Notes under the pieces: model-generated
What the model saw: the letters and a program-made list of their open reading frames with translations, nothing else
Told to the model about the DNA's origin: nothing
Databases searched by the model: none
In this document: piece by piece, positions 26,495 to 39,125 of the stretch
Layout of the letters: every line of letters begins with the position of its first letter
Numbering within the stretch: position 1 is the stretch's first letter
NCBI GenBank assembly: GCA_963779415.1
Contig: CAVZYA010000002.1
Span: 187,291 to 251,290, forward strand
Reading direction: 5' to 3'
Source of the DNA: an uncultured Acidobacteriota bacterium
Lineage (GTDB): Bacteria; Acidobacteriota; Thermoanaerobaculia; UBA5066
Length of the DNA stretch: 64,000 bases
Position numbers and translations under genes: made by a program

Positions 26495-27892
26495 ATGAGG
26501 TGGGCCATGTTCCTCGCCGTGGTCCACGTGGCCTGCGGGAGAGGAGCATCAGACACCCGGGAGCAGACAGGGGACACGGCTCCGCGGGCGGTTTCCCGAG
26601 GTTCTGAAGCGGAGCGGATCGCGGCGATGGGGAGCCTTCCCTACGTCAACTTCGTCCCCATGGCACCGGGAGACCAGGGGAAGAAGGGTGTGACCACCGT
26701 GGATTACGAGCGGGTGGATCCGGGATACGTTCTCTTCGTCCCGAAACCGCGTTACGAAGCGCTGCTGGTCGACGTGAACGGCGATGTGGTCCATCGATGG
26801 GCCTCCGAGACGGGGCGTCTCACGGAGGCCCAGACGGCGCGGTGGCCCGACTTCTTCGCCGGTTGGCAGACCGTCTCGATGGCGCCGAATGGTGACCTCT
26901 TTGCGATCCTGAGTCGTCATGGTGTCCTGAAGCTGGACTGGAACTCGCGGCTGGTCTGGATGACGTCGATCCCGGCACACCACGACATCGCCGTTGCAGG
27001 AAACGGCGACATCTACCTGCTGGCCGAGAGCGTGCGCGTCGTGAAGAGCGGCGGTCGAGAAAGGGTCGTCCTGGATGACGGCATCGCGATCCTGCGCCCC
27101 GACGGCTCGATCCTGCGGCGTATTTCACTGTTCGATGTCTTCGCCCGGAGCGGGGACTGGTCGGCGAGGCTGGAACGCCGCATCGGCGAACGCTTCCGAG
27201 CTCTCGACGAACGAGGGCTCGAAGGCCTCCTGGCCCTGGGAACGGAATGGCAAACACGGTATCGAGACCGTGCCGACGTGGAACGTGCAGCTCGGCTGCT
27301 GTCGTCGGGTCGCGTCGAAGGGGATGAGCGGGAAGCCGTCGCGATGCTGCGCGCGATACCAGGCTCACCGTCGGATCTGTTCCACGGGAATACGGTCGTT
27401 CCCCTGAAGCGGGACGAACGAGGACTCTGGGAAGACGGCGACGTCATGGTGTCTCTGGCGAACTGGAACCTCGTCGCGGTGATCGACATGAAGCACGAGC
27501 GGATCGGGTGGAGCTGGGGACCCGGAGAGATCGAAGGGGCGCACCAGCCGACCGTGCTGGAGAACGGCAATATCCTCGTGTTCGACAACGGCACGTCCCG
27601 AAATCGCTCCAGAGTCGTCGAGGTCGATCCGGGCTGGAAGACGATCGTGTGGTCTTACGAGGCCCCTGGTTTTCTTTCCCCCAGCGAGGGCGGTTGCGAG
27701 GGACTTCCGTCCGGGAATGTCCTGATCACGGAAACGCGGACGGCACGGCTGTTCGAGGTCTCGAGGGAGAAACGGCTCGTCTGGGAGTACTTCAATCCCT
27801 TTTTCGATGAGGCCGGAGTTCGTCGTTCCGGCATCTATCGGACACATCACGTTTCTCCGGAGACGGCCACTCCCCTGTTGGCGAAGCGCTGA
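26495..27892 (+). CDS. Arylsulfotransferase (ASST) family beta-propeller protein, secreted or lipoprotein
   Basis: ASST-like repeats (NGDLF, NGDIYLL, NGNILVFDNG) and the signal sequence MRWAMFLAVVHVAC. Confidence 0.7.
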   Translation: MRWAMFLAVVHVACGRGASDTREQTGDTAPRAVSRGSEAERIAAMGSLPYVNFVPMAPGDQGKKGVTTVDYERVDPGYVLFVPKPRYEALLVDVNGDVVHRWASETGRLTEAQTARWPDFFAGWQTVSMAPNGDLFAILSRHGVLKLDWNSRLVWMTSIPAHHDIAVAGNGDIYLLAESVRVVKSGGRERVVLDDGIAILRPDGSILRRISLFDVFARSGDWSARLERRIGERFRALDERGLEGLLALGTEWQTRYRDRADVERAARLLSSGRVEGDEREAVAMLRAIPGSPSDLFHGNTVVPLKRDERGLWEDGDVMVSLANWNLVAVIDMKHERIGWSWGPGEIEGAHQPTVLENGNILVFDNGTSRNRSRVVEVDPGWKTIVWSYEAPGFLSPSEGGCEGLPSGNVLITETRTARLFEVSREKRLVWEYFNPFFDEAGVRRSGIYRTHHVSPETATPLLAKR

Positions 27893-28013
27893 TAGTCGTG
27901 GCGCGTTCCGCCACTGGCCGGGCGGCGGCCGGGGATCGAGGACGTCGCGAGAGAGCTGCGCCTCAGCTGACGGACGCTTCAACGGAGATTGACCGAGGAC
28001 GGCACCGGGATGA

Positions 28014-29081
<1,068 letters not shown>

Positions 29082-29156
29082 ACGGCGATGAAAGAAAGGC
29101 ATGCGCGCCACATGAACGGGGTCAGGTCTTGAGTCTGTATTCTGCCGGCGCCGCCG

Positions 29157-29657
29157 CTACCGCCCCATCTCCGGCGCGGGCACGATCGGCAGGTCCCAGT
29201 GCGCAAGGAGGATCTCGAAGCGGCGCTGCTCCTCGCGCGCGTAGCTCTCCTGATCCGGGAAGAGCTGCTTCTTCAGCGCTTCCTCCCCCGAGGCGTCGGC
29301 GGCCGCCGCCGCGTTCCGGAAGACGAGCGTGACGCGGTAGTCCCAGCGCCCCTCTTCGGTCGCGTGATATCGGGGCTTCTCGACCTCGATCTCGAGGATC
29401 CTGCCCGATTCGATCTGCTTTTTCAGAATCGGGAGGTGGTTCTTCGCGAAGAGCCGCGCGAACTCCTCCGCGAAGCCCCATTTCACCTTGTAGTAGTACT
29501 CGACGGCGAACGGGGTCTCGGCCGAGGTGGCGGGGTGCCGAGGCGTGGCCGGAGCTTGGGCTCCCGCCCGCGTCGGCGTCACGGCCACGACCGCGAGGAG
29601 AGCGGAGGCGCCGAGAGTCCAGAGACGAAACAAGGACTTGTGCCGAATAGTTCTCAT
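29157..29657 (-). CDS. Small secreted hypothetical protein
   Basis: Signal peptide MRTIRHKSLFRLWTLGASALLAVVAVTPTRAGA and no recognisable motif. Confidence 0.5.
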   Translation of the reverse strand: MRTIRHKSLFRLWTLGASALLAVVAVTPTRAGAQAPATPRHPATSAETPFAVEYYYKVKWGFAEEFARLFAKNHLPILKKQIESGRILEIEVEKPRYHATEEGRWDYRVTLVFRNAAAAADASGEEALKKQLFPDQESYAREEQRRFEILLAHWDLPIVPAPEMGR

Positions 29658-30310
29658 GAAGCCTCCCGGGTCGACCGTGTCTCGAACCGCCCTGCCGACC
29701 CTCTTCGGATTCATCGGGCTGACGACCTCGAAGGATACCGCCCTCCCGCGGACCGTCCCGCTGATGCTGCGGCGCCGATCGGACGGGACGAGACCTGCGG
29801 CTATCTTGAAAACTCGGTGGCTGTCGCTGAGATTTCAAGGTAGTAGTCGAGGTCTTCTTCTGGGCAGCGCTCGACGTGATTCACGGAGGCCAGGAAACAT
29901 TCCCGCTTGCTCCGAGAGTCCGTGCAGTCGCCGCTCACCGGCTCCTCGAGGCCATTCATCCGCTGGGCTAGACGCCGAAGAGGACGGGCTCCTGGCGAGC
30001 GAGAGAAGGGCCTGTCTTCGTTGATACGTATCGAACCCTGCCAAGCGATCCACCAAGGGACCTCCTGGACCTCTTTGACCGTTTTCTGGTAATCGATAGG
30101 GCCGTCTGACGGTATCCTCCGCGGGGGTCAGAATGTCCCCCCAGCCAGCGTTCCGAGGGCAGCAGGGACCCGAAGGATGCACATTCCAAGCCTCTCCCCC
30201 TGACGGCATAGAATCCCCGCAGTCGCACCACGACGGGCCGCCGGAACGAGCGCCGCCGCGCCGGGGGGCACGGACCCCGCCCCTTCCTCCGACCCGGGGA
30301 GGCAGCCACC

Positions 30311-32671
30311 ATGAGCCTCTCCGCGGGAACGAAGCTCGGCCCTTACGAGATCGTTGCCCCTCTTGGCGCTGGGGGCATGGGCGAGGTCTACGAGGCCCGC
30401 GACACCCGCCTCCATCGCTCCGTGGCAGTCAAGGTCCTTCCCGCGCAACTCGCCGCTGACTCGGACCGGCTGGCACGTTTCGCGCACGAAGCGCGAACAG
30501 CGTCGGCTCTCAATCACCCCAACATCGTCACCATCCACGAGATCGGCGAATGGGAAGGGACGCCTTACCTCGTGATGGAGCGCGTCGACGGAGAGACGCT
30601 GCGACGGCTCCTAGCCAAGGGACCCATCGAGAGCCGGCGGCTGCTCGATCTGGCCACGCAGATCGCCGAGGGCCTGGCGAAGGCCCACGCCGCTGGAATC
30701 GTCCACCGCGACCTGAAGCCCGAGAACGTGATGGTCACCGTCGACGGCTTCGTCAAGATCCTCGACTTCGGCCTCGCCAAGCTCCGGGGAGGGCCCGCAG
30801 GGGACCTGAGCCGCGAAGAGACCCTCCCGCGAACGGTCGAGGGGACCATCGTCGGAACCGTCGGCTACATGTCACCAGAGCAGGCCGCCGGGCGGCCGGT
30901 GGACATCCGGTCTGATCAGTTCGCGTTCGGCTCGATGCTCTACGAGATGATCGGCGGGCGGCGGGCGTTCTCCCGCGCCAGCGCGGCGCAGACACTGGCG
31001 GCCATCATCGAAGACGAGCCCGAGCCGCTCGAGCGCCTCTCCCCCTCCTTCCCGGCGCAGGTCCGAAGGATCCTCGCGCGATGCCTCGCCAAAGACCCGG
31101 CGAAGCGTTACACGTCGACGTCCGATCTCGCCCACGAGCTCCGCACCGTCCGGGACCAGATGTCGTCCTTTTCAGGGGCGGAGGCCGCACCGACCATCTC
31201 CGTGACGATGCCCCGGCGCCGCCCCGTCCGTGCTCCCGTAATGATCGCGGCGGGCGTGCTCCTCCTCGCGGCAGTCGCCGCAGGCGTCTTCAGGTTCTTC
31301 CGGAGCGCGTCCGGCTCCATCGCGGTCCTGCCCTTCAGGAACCTCACCGGCGACGCCGGTCAGGAATACTTCGCCGACGGAATCACCGACGGGCTGATCT
31401 CGCAGCTGGGGAGGATCGGCGCGCTGCGGGTGACGTCTCTCTATTCGGTAATGGCGTACAAGGACGGCAAGACGCCGCTCCGGGAGATCGCCCGGGCCCT
31501 CGGCGTGGCCACGGTCGTCGAGGGGACGGTCCTGAGGGTCGGAAGCGACGTGAGCCTGCGGGTCCGTCTGGTCCGGGCGCTTCCCGAGGAGCGAAGCCTC
31601 TGGGAGAAGAACTACGACCGAACCCTCGCCGACATTCTGGCAATGTACGGCGACATCGCGCTGGCCCTCTCCCGCGAGATGGAAGTCCCGCTGAAGCCGC
31701 GGGAGGAGAAGGGCCTCGCCTCGAGGCGCCCGGTAAACCCGGAAATCTACAAGTCCTATCTCAGGGGAATGGCTCTCGTGAACACCTGGAAGGACGAGGA
31801 GACCGAGCGCGGCCTGGCGGAGCTGCGGAAGGCCGTGGAGCGAGACCCTGCCGACCCGCTGGCGTACGTGGGCCTCGCCTATGGCTACGTCTCGCTCGGG
31901 CACGGGCCGAAATCCCCGCCGGACGCCTGGCAGCGGGCGCGGGAGGCGAGCCTCAGAGCACTGAAGCTGGACGACACGCTGGCCGACGCGTATGCGACGC
32001 TGGCCGACGTCAAGTCCTACTACGAGCGCGACTGGAAGGGGGCCGAGGAGAACTTCCTGCGGGCCATGGAGCTGAACCCCAGCCTGGCCATGAACCACTA
32101 CCACTACGCCTGGTACCTGGCCCTCTTCTCCCGCTTCGACGAGGCGATCGCAGAGCACAAGCGCGCCCAGGAGCTGGACCCACTCACGCCGCTCCACACC
32201 GCCTGGCTGGGCGGCCTCTACTGGTGCGTGGGCCGCTATGACGATGCCATTGCGGAAGCCCGGAAATGTCTCAAGCTGAACGGGGACGACGAGCTTGGTT
32301 GGCTCATCACGGGGTTCGGTTACGCCGGGAAGAAGATGTACACGGAGGCTATCGACGCCCACCGGAAAGCGGTCGCGGTCGACCCGGACTGGAAGTACGC
32401 CCTCGCCCGGACCTTCGCGCTGGCGGGGCGCACGGCCGAGGCCAGGGCCATCCGGGGCGAGCTCGAGAGCCAGCCGCTCACCTCGTTCGGCGCGTGGGGT
32501 CTCGCGATCACGGCGACGGCTCTCGGGGACAACGACAAGGCACTCGAGTATCTCCGATACGAGCCGGCCCACGGCTGGATCCCGTGGGCGAGGGTCGACC
32601 CGGAGTTCGAGCCCCTCCGCCGCGACCCTCGGTTCAAGGGCTTTCTCAGGAAGTACAACCTGCCCGACTAG
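30311..32671 (+). CDS. Hanks-type Ser/Thr protein kinase, paralog of 8776..11652, with a TM helix, a TolB-N-like domain and TPR repeats
   Basis: LGAGGMGEVYEA ... HRDLKPENV ... DFGLAK ... GTVGYMSPE; the C-terminal TPR-like repeats end LRKYNLPD. Confidence 0.85.
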   Translation: MSLSAGTKLGPYEIVAPLGAGGMGEVYEARDTRLHRSVAVKVLPAQLAADSDRLARFAHEARTASALNHPNIVTIHEIGEWEGTPYLVMERVDGETLRRLLAKGPIESRRLLDLATQIAEGLAKAHAAGIVHRDLKPENVMVTVDGFVKILDFGLAKLRGGPAGDLSREETLPRTVEGTIVGTVGYMSPEQAAGRPVDIRSDQFAFGSMLYEMIGGRRAFSRASAAQTLAAIIEDEPEPLERLSPSFPAQVRRILARCLAKDPAKRYTSTSDLAHELRTVRDQMSSFSGAEAAPTISVTMPRRRPVRAPVMIAAGVLLLAAVAAGVFRFFRSASGSIAVLPFRNLTGDAGQEYFADGITDGLISQLGRIGALRVTSLYSVMAYKDGKTPLREIARALGVATVVEGTVLRVGSDVSLRVRLVRALPEERSLWEKNYDRTLADILAMYGDIALALSREMEVPLKPREEKGLASRRPVNPEIYKSYLRGMALVNTWKDEETERGLAELRKAVERDPADPLAYVGLAYGYVSLGHGPKSPPDAWQRAREASLRALKLDDTLADAYATLADVKSYYERDWKGAEENFLRAMELNPSLAMNHYHYAWYLALFSRFDEAIAEHKRAQELDPLTPLHTAWLGGLYWCVGRYDDAIAEARKCLKLNGDDELGWLITGFGYAGKKMYTEAIDAHRKAVAVDPDWKYALARTFALAGRTAEARAIRGELESQPLTSFGAWGLAITATALGDNDKALEYLRYEPAHGWIPWARVDPEFEPLRRDPRFKGFLRKYNLPD

Positions 32672-32718
32672 CGAGCGCGGTCCGGGGCCGGTGTCGGACC
32701 CGACCGCGTAGAGAAGGT

Positions 32719-32795
32719 TGGCCTGCCCGGCCGGATTCGAACCGGCGACCCTCGGCTTAGAAGGCCGATGCTCTGTCCAACTGAGCTACGGGCAG
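32719..32795 (-). tRNA. tRNA-Arg (anticodon TCT)
   Basis: 77-nt cloverleaf folded by hand: acceptor CTGCCCG/CGGGCAG, anticodon stem TCGGC/GCCGA with loop CTTCTAA, T-arm GCCGG-TTCGAAT-CCGGC and an encoded CCA. Confidence 0.8.
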
Positions 32796-32809
32796 AGGCC
32801 GGGGAGAGT

Positions 32810-33583
32810 CTAGCGCCCGGCGCCGATTCTCTTCCGGAGGGCGGCGGAGACGGCGGCGCAGGAAGACTCTACCCGCGGCGCCACGGCCGCCGCGCAGTTC
32901 GGGCGGTTCGCCACGAGCCAGTCGCGCAGGGCCACCGCGTCGGCGAAGCAGGCGTCGGCGCCCGTCAGGCCGCAGAGGGCCGCGTCGTGCCGGAAGACAT
33001 AGCCCCCCACGACGATCTTCGTCCCGGGAGAGATTCTCCGGATCTCCTCCACCGTCTTGCCGCACTCGGCAAGGTGCGCGGCGAGCGCGAGCGACAGGCC
33101 CACGGCCGCCGGCCGGTGGAGCGCGATGAAACGGATCGCACACTCTCGGGGTGTGTTGGCGCCGAGCAGGTCCGCCTGCCATCCGGCCATCCGGGCCACC
33201 TCGGCCACGATCCGGACCCCCAGCTCGTGGAACTCGCCCGCCAGACAGGCCAGAAGGAGCCGTGGCGCACCAAGCGGCGGTGCGGGGAGCGCGGCCGCCA
33301 TGTGCGCGAACCCGTGGGAGACGAGCGCGCTGGCGAGGTGCTCTTCGGCGACCGAGACGTCTCCGGAACGCCACATCCGCCCCAGCTCCTCGAGGGCCGG
33401 CCCGATCAGGTCCCGGGCGACCTCGGCGAGGTCGGCCCCCCGTCGGGTCGCCTCCGCGAAGGAATCCTCGACGCCCGGCTCGTCCCCGGCCAGGAGCGCC
33501 ATCAGGAGCGGTCCGGCGAGACCGCTCGCGGCGGGCGCGGCCGCCGGGCCCGGGGTCCGCTCCTTCGTCTCTCTGGTCACCAT
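32810..33583 (-). CDS. Cobalamin (B12)-binding-domain protein
   Basis: B12-binding signature '[29 protein letters not shown]' (DxHxxG-type with E for D) followed by a GG-containing Rossmann segment (KIVVGG). Confidence 0.55.
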   Translation of the reverse strand: MVTRETKERTPGPAAAPAASGLAGPLLMALLAGDEPGVEDSFAEATRRGADLAEVARDLIGPALEELGRMWRSGDVSVAEEHLASALVSHGFAHMAAALPAPPLGAPRLLLACLAGEFHELGVRIVAEVARMAGWQADLLGANTPRECAIRFIALHRPAAVGLSLALAAHLAECGKTVEEIRRISPGTKIVVGGYVFRHDAALCGLTGADACFADAVALRDWLVANRPNCAAAVAPRVESSCAAVSAALRKRIGAGR

Positions 33584-33652
33584 GCCTCGCTACGCGGGGC
33601 TCTTCCGAGCGGATTGTTCGGCGGCGGCGTCCGGCACGTCAATCGTGCAGGC

Positions 33653-34411
33653 TCATCCCTCGATCGCGACGTGCGTTCCGCCCCAGACGTCGAGGACCGC
33701 CCCGGTGATCGGGGCGGCGGCCGGCGACGCGAGAAAGAGGGCGGAGGCCGCGACATCTTCGGCGTTCAGCTTCTCCGAGAGCGGCGCTTCGTGGGGACTC
33801 GGCGACTCGTCGCGGGACCGGTTGTCCGTCGTGCCGGGGCAGATGGCGTTGACGGAGATTCCCATCCCGCGAAGCTCGGCCGAAAGCGCCTTCGTGAAGC
33901 CGATGAGGCCGAACTTCGCCGAGCAGTGGGCGACGACGTTCGCGCCGCCGACGGTGCCATGGATGGACGAGATGTTCAGGATCCTCCCGCGGGGCGCCGC
34001 CGAGAGCGACGGAATCGCGGCCCTGGCGAGGAGGTAGGCCGACTTGAGGTTCGTTCCGAGGATCCGGTCCCATTCGGTCTCCTCGAGGTCTGCTAGGGCC
34101 TTCCAGACGAAGACGCCGGCGTTGTTCACGACGATGTCGAGCCGTCCCGTCGCTTCGAGAGCCCGGCGGACGAGCGCCTCGGCGTCGGCTTTCCGCGTGA
34201 CGTCCGCCCCCTGGGCCACGGCAAGACCCCCCGCGCGCGCGATCTCCGCGATCGTCTCGTCGAGCTGCTCTTTCGTCCGCGAGGCGCAAACGACCACGGC
34301 GCCCGCCCCGGCGAAGGCATGGGCGATGGCGCGCCCGATGCCGCGCCCCGCCCCGGTGACGATCGCCGTCTCGCCCGAAAGGGGTCGCGGATCGGTGTCA
34401 AACGACGGCAC
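33653..34411 (-). CDS. SDR-family oxidoreductase (FabG-like)
   Basis: TGAGRGIGRAIA ... NNAG ... S-x12-YxxxK (SSIHGTVGGANVVAHCSAKFG) ... PGTTDN. Confidence 0.85.
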   Translation of the reverse strand: MPSFDTDPRPLSGETAIVTGAGRGIGRAIAHAFAGAGAVVVCASRTKEQLDETIAEIARAGGLAVAQGADVTRKADAEALVRRALEATGRLDIVVNNAGVFVWKALADLEETEWDRILGTNLKSAYLLARAAIPSLSAAPRGRILNISSIHGTVGGANVVAHCSAKFGLIGFTKALSAELRGMGISVNAICPGTTDNRSRDESPSPHEAPLSEKLNAEDVAASALFLASPAAAPITGAVLDVWGGTHVAIEG

Positions 34412-34456
34412 AGACCGAGGTTAGCAGGAGAGATACCGCCTGCCTAGAATGGCCGC

Positions 34457-35152
34457 GTGCCGACGCGCCCCCGGCTCCTCCTCTTCGACGTCGACGGGAC
34501 TCTTCTCTCGGCCGGGCCGGCCTCCCGGGTGGCGTTCGCGAGCGCGCTGATCGACGTCTTCGGGACGAGTGGCGACCTGTCGAATTTCGCTTTCGAGGGG
34601 AAGCTCGACCCCGTCATCGTCCGGGAGCTGATGCGGGAGGCCGGAATCGACGACAGGCTCGTCCTCGAGCGGCTTCCGGAGGCCCTCGCGCTCTATCTCG
34701 ACCGGCTGGAGGACGCCCTCGCCGTCGACCGGCCCCGGCTGAAGCCCGGCGTGCCGGAGCTTCTCGAGCGGGTCGCGGCCTCGCCGCTCGCGGTCCCCGC
34801 GCTCCTGACGGGAAACGTGGAGCGCGGTGCCCGGATCAAGCTCTCCGCGACCGGCCTCTGGCACCGCTTCCTCTTCGGTGTCTTCGGCGACGAGGCCCCG
34901 CGCCGGGAGAAGCTGGGGCCGCTGGCGATCGCCCGCGCGAAGGAGAAGACCGGAATCTCGTTCGGCGGTCGGGACTGCGTCGTGGTGGGCGACTCGCCGA
35001 GCGACGTGGCGTGCGGAAAGGCCATCGGGGCCCGCGTCGTGGCCGTCGCGACGGGCAAGACACCGGCCGACCGACTCCGGGCCGCCGGCGCCGACATCGT
35101 CCTTCCCGACTTCCGCGATCTCGACGCCGCCTCGGAGGCGCTCCTTGCGTAA
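34457..35152 (+). CDS. HAD-family hydrolase (phosphoglycolate-phosphatase-like)
   Basis: LLLFDVDGTLL motif I and VVGDSPSDVACGKAIGARVVAVATG motif III. Confidence 0.8.
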   Translation: MPTRPRLLLFDVDGTLLSAGPASRVAFASALIDVFGTSGDLSNFAFEGKLDPVIVRELMREAGIDDRLVLERLPEALALYLDRLEDALAVDRPRLKPGVPELLERVAASPLAVPALLTGNVERGARIKLSATGLWHRFLFGVFGDEAPRREKLGPLAIARAKEKTGISFGGRDCVVVGDSPSDVACGKAIGARVVAVATGKTPADRLRAAGADIVLPDFRDLDAASEALLA

Positions 35153-36248
35153 CGGCACCGCCCGGCTTCTTCTCTCTCTCGTCGCTCTGGCTGCTCTCCC
35201 TGCCCCCGCAGAGACGCCGCGAGCGGGGGGCGGCCCCCCGTTCGACGTCGAGGCCCGAACGCCGCACCGGATCACGGCGGAAATCGACACGCAGCCCGCC
35301 CGGGACGTTCTCACCCTGATCACGGGGTCCGACGGGGCGGCGGCGGCCCTCCGGCGCCTCAAGGCCTCGACCTCGGCGCGTGCCGCTCTCCGGGCGGGGG
35401 AGACGAATGCCGAGGATTTCTGGGGGCGGCTCGTCATGGCGGCCACGGGAACGCCGGACACCCTCTTCGCGGGCTACCGAAGCGAGGCTTCCGTCTTTCG
35501 CGCCATCCTCGACCAGGCGGATCACGACGCGCCGGCCGCCATTCCCATCCTCGCGGCACGCGTCGCTTCGCTCCTCCCCGACGAGCCTCCACTCTCCGCG
35601 GCGATCGTCGTCGTCCCCTTCATCGGGATCGGCGGCTTCCGTGAGATTTCGTCCGTGCGGGAAGGAGGGACGCTCACCCTCGTCGTGGACCTGCCTCGCC
35701 TCGCCGGAAACACGGGCGCGAGCCAGCCGCGCGAGGCCTTCCTGAAGATGCTGCGGGGCGCCGGAGCCGAGTCGTGGCGGATCCTCTTCGAGGCGTACGT
35801 GAGGAAGAGTCCCCCGTGGCCCCCCGCGGACGCGGCGAATCTGGACGCCCTTCTCGCCGCGACGGCCGCCGAGGGCCCCCGCGCCCTCTTCGAAATCCCG
35901 GACGAGTTCTTTCCGCTCGATCCTTTCTTCGCCGAGCCCGTCGCCCGCGCCTTCCTTCAGTGGAACGCCGTGGCGGAGAAGCTTCTCGAGCCCGAGACGA
36001 ACGTGGTCGCCCGGCGCGAACTCCTCCGGGAGGCGATGCACGGCGACTTCTGGGCGCAGTACCCCGCCGTCGTCGGCGCCCAGATGGCCGAAGTCCTCAT
36101 CCGGCAGAAGGGGCGCGCGGCCTACGCCGCAGCGCTCGCCGCCGGACCGCGCCCTCTCGCGCAGCTCTACGTCGAGACCGTGAAGGGGACGAAGAGGCCG
36201 GACTTCTCGAAGCGCGTCCGGAAGGCGATCGAGTCGAAGGGACCCTGA
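35145..36248 (+). CDS. Secreted hypothetical protein (TTG start inferred)
   Basis: An in-frame TTG gives MRNGTARLLLSLVALAALPAPA, overlapping the HAD stop. No known motif. Confidence 0.45.
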   Translation: MRNGTARLLLSLVALAALPAPAETPRAGGGPPFDVEARTPHRITAEIDTQPARDVLTLITGSDGAAAALRRLKASTSARAALRAGETNAEDFWGRLVMAATGTPDTLFAGYRSEASVFRAILDQADHDAPAAIPILAARVASLLPDEPPLSAAIVVVPFIGIGGFREISSVREGGTLTLVVDLPRLAGNTGASQPREAFLKMLRGAGAESWRILFEAYVRKSPPWPPADAANLDALLAATAAEGPRALFEIPDEFFPLDPFFAEPVARAFLQWNAVAEKLLEPETNVVARRELLREAMHGDFWAQYPAVVGAQMAEVLIRQKGRAAYAAALAAGPRPLAQLYVETVKGTKRPDFSKRVRKAIESKGP

Positions 36249-36251
36249 ACC

Positions 36252-36605
36252 TCAGCGGACGGGGAGCGTCGGAAGGACCGGTAGCGGGGGAAGCTCGGGA
36301 GGCCTCTCGCCCCACTCGCGCAGCTTCACGTACGGATAGAGCCCGTCCGAGTGCCCGTCCCCCCAGAAGATCTGGACGGCATATCCGCCCACCGGCGACG
36401 TACGGACGACCTCGAAAGACGAAGAGGTAAGCGGCCGCTCCGGCCCCTTCATGAGCCGCCCGAGGATGTCGCGCTCGCCCGCGCATCCCGCGCAGGGACA
36501 GAGACGCCGGAGCGTCGTGAGCTTCACGAAGCTCTCCGTGCCGTCGCTCCACGCGACGGCCAGCTCGTCGCCGATTGCGGTCACCTGGTTCGCGCGGAGC
36601 GCCAT
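36252..36605 (-). CDS. DUF971-family small protein (gamma-butyrobetaine-hydroxylase-like N-terminal domain)
   Basis: The pattern CPCAGC ... GGYAVQIFWGDGHSDGLYPYVKLREW is typical of DUF971. Confidence 0.6.
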   Translation of the reverse strand: MALRANQVTAIGDELAVAWSDGTESFVKLTTLRRLCPCAGCAGERDILGRLMKGPERPLTSSSFEVVRTSPVGGYAVQIFWGDGHSDGLYPYVKLREWGERPPELPPLPVLPTLPVR

Positions 36606-36627
36606 GTCGGGATCGTAGCGGAGAACG

Positions 36628-37897
<1,270 letters not shown>

Positions 37898-37905
<8 letters not shown>

Positions 37906-39118
37906 GGCGCAAGGCTTCTATGGGAGGGAGCTGCGACGCCTTCACGGCGGGGAAGACCCCCGCGATGAGGCCGGTGATCGTGGCGAGGACGAGGCCGGAG
38001 GTGACGAGTCCGGGCGTCACGCGGGCCGGCAGCGGCGAGAAGGCGTCGACGCAGAGGGCGATCGTCCAGCCGAAGAAGACGCCGAGCGCGCCCCCGCCGA
38101 AGGCGAGGAGGATCGCCTCGAGGAGAAACTGCCGAAGGATGTCGGTCTTTCGGGCCCCGACGGCGAGGCGCAGGCCGATCTCCTTCGTCCGCTCCACGAC
38201 GGAGACGAGCATGATGTTCGCGATGACGATCGCCCCGACGACGAGCGAGATCCCGCTGATGAAGACCAGGAGCGAGAAGGCCCCCGCGGAGATCGTCCGC
38301 CAGACCGCCATGATGGCGTCCGAGGTGACGAAGGCGACGGGGTCGGGCTCGCCCGGCTTCAGCTTCCGGATCGCCCGGAAGATCACCCGCATCTCGTCCA
38401 TCGAGGCCGGGACCCCCGGCACGCCTCCCCGGGCCCGGACGTAGATGGCGACGTTCCGGTTCCCGCCCCATGCCTTGCAGAGCGCCTCGCGCGGGATGTA
38501 GACGACGTTGTCCTGGCTCTGCCCGAGGACCGACCCCTGCTTGACGAGAAGCCCGATCACGCGGAAGGGGATCCCGCCGATCAGGATCGTCTTTTCGATC
38601 GGGTCGAGGCGGGGAAAGAGCTGCTCCTTCACCTCCGAGCCGATGACGGCGACGTACGCGCGCCGGTCGTACTCGTTCTCCGTGAAGAAGCGCCCTTCCT
38701 CGAGGTCGAGGTTCCTGAGATCGGCGACGTTCGGCGTCACGCCGCTGATCGAGACGTCGGCGAGCCGCTTGCCCTCCCGCTTGACCGGGAGATTGATGCC
38801 GGAGAGCAGCCCGACCGCCTCAGCCGTTCTCGAGAGCCGGCCGACCTCCTCGGCCTCGCGCTTTTCGATCCGCTTCCTCTTGAGCGCCTGGAGAAACTGT
38901 TCGCGAGACGTGATGATCCCGAAGCGCGTCACCGCGTAGACGTCCGGCGCGACGGTGAAGAGCTTCGTCGCGACGTAGTTGTTCATTCCGGAGATGACGG
39001 CCACGACGGCGATGACCGTCATGACGCCGATGATGACGCCGAGAAGGGTCAGGAACGACCGGAGCTTGTGCGCCGCGACGGCCCGCCATGCAACCCGGAG
39101 AAGCTCGCCGACCAGCAC
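37898..39118 (-). CDS. ABC transporter permease, FtsX/MacB-like (second copy)
   Basis: Same architecture. It overlaps the downstream permease by 8 nt, consistent with an operon. Confidence 0.85.
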
Positions 39119-39125
39119 GGGATCC

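Noticed and set aside
32671-32810. Possible integrative-element boundary at tRNA-Arg.
   Set aside because: No integrase, excisionase, phage genes or attachment-site direct repeat were found on either side. The adjacent genes are ordinary chromosomal ones.
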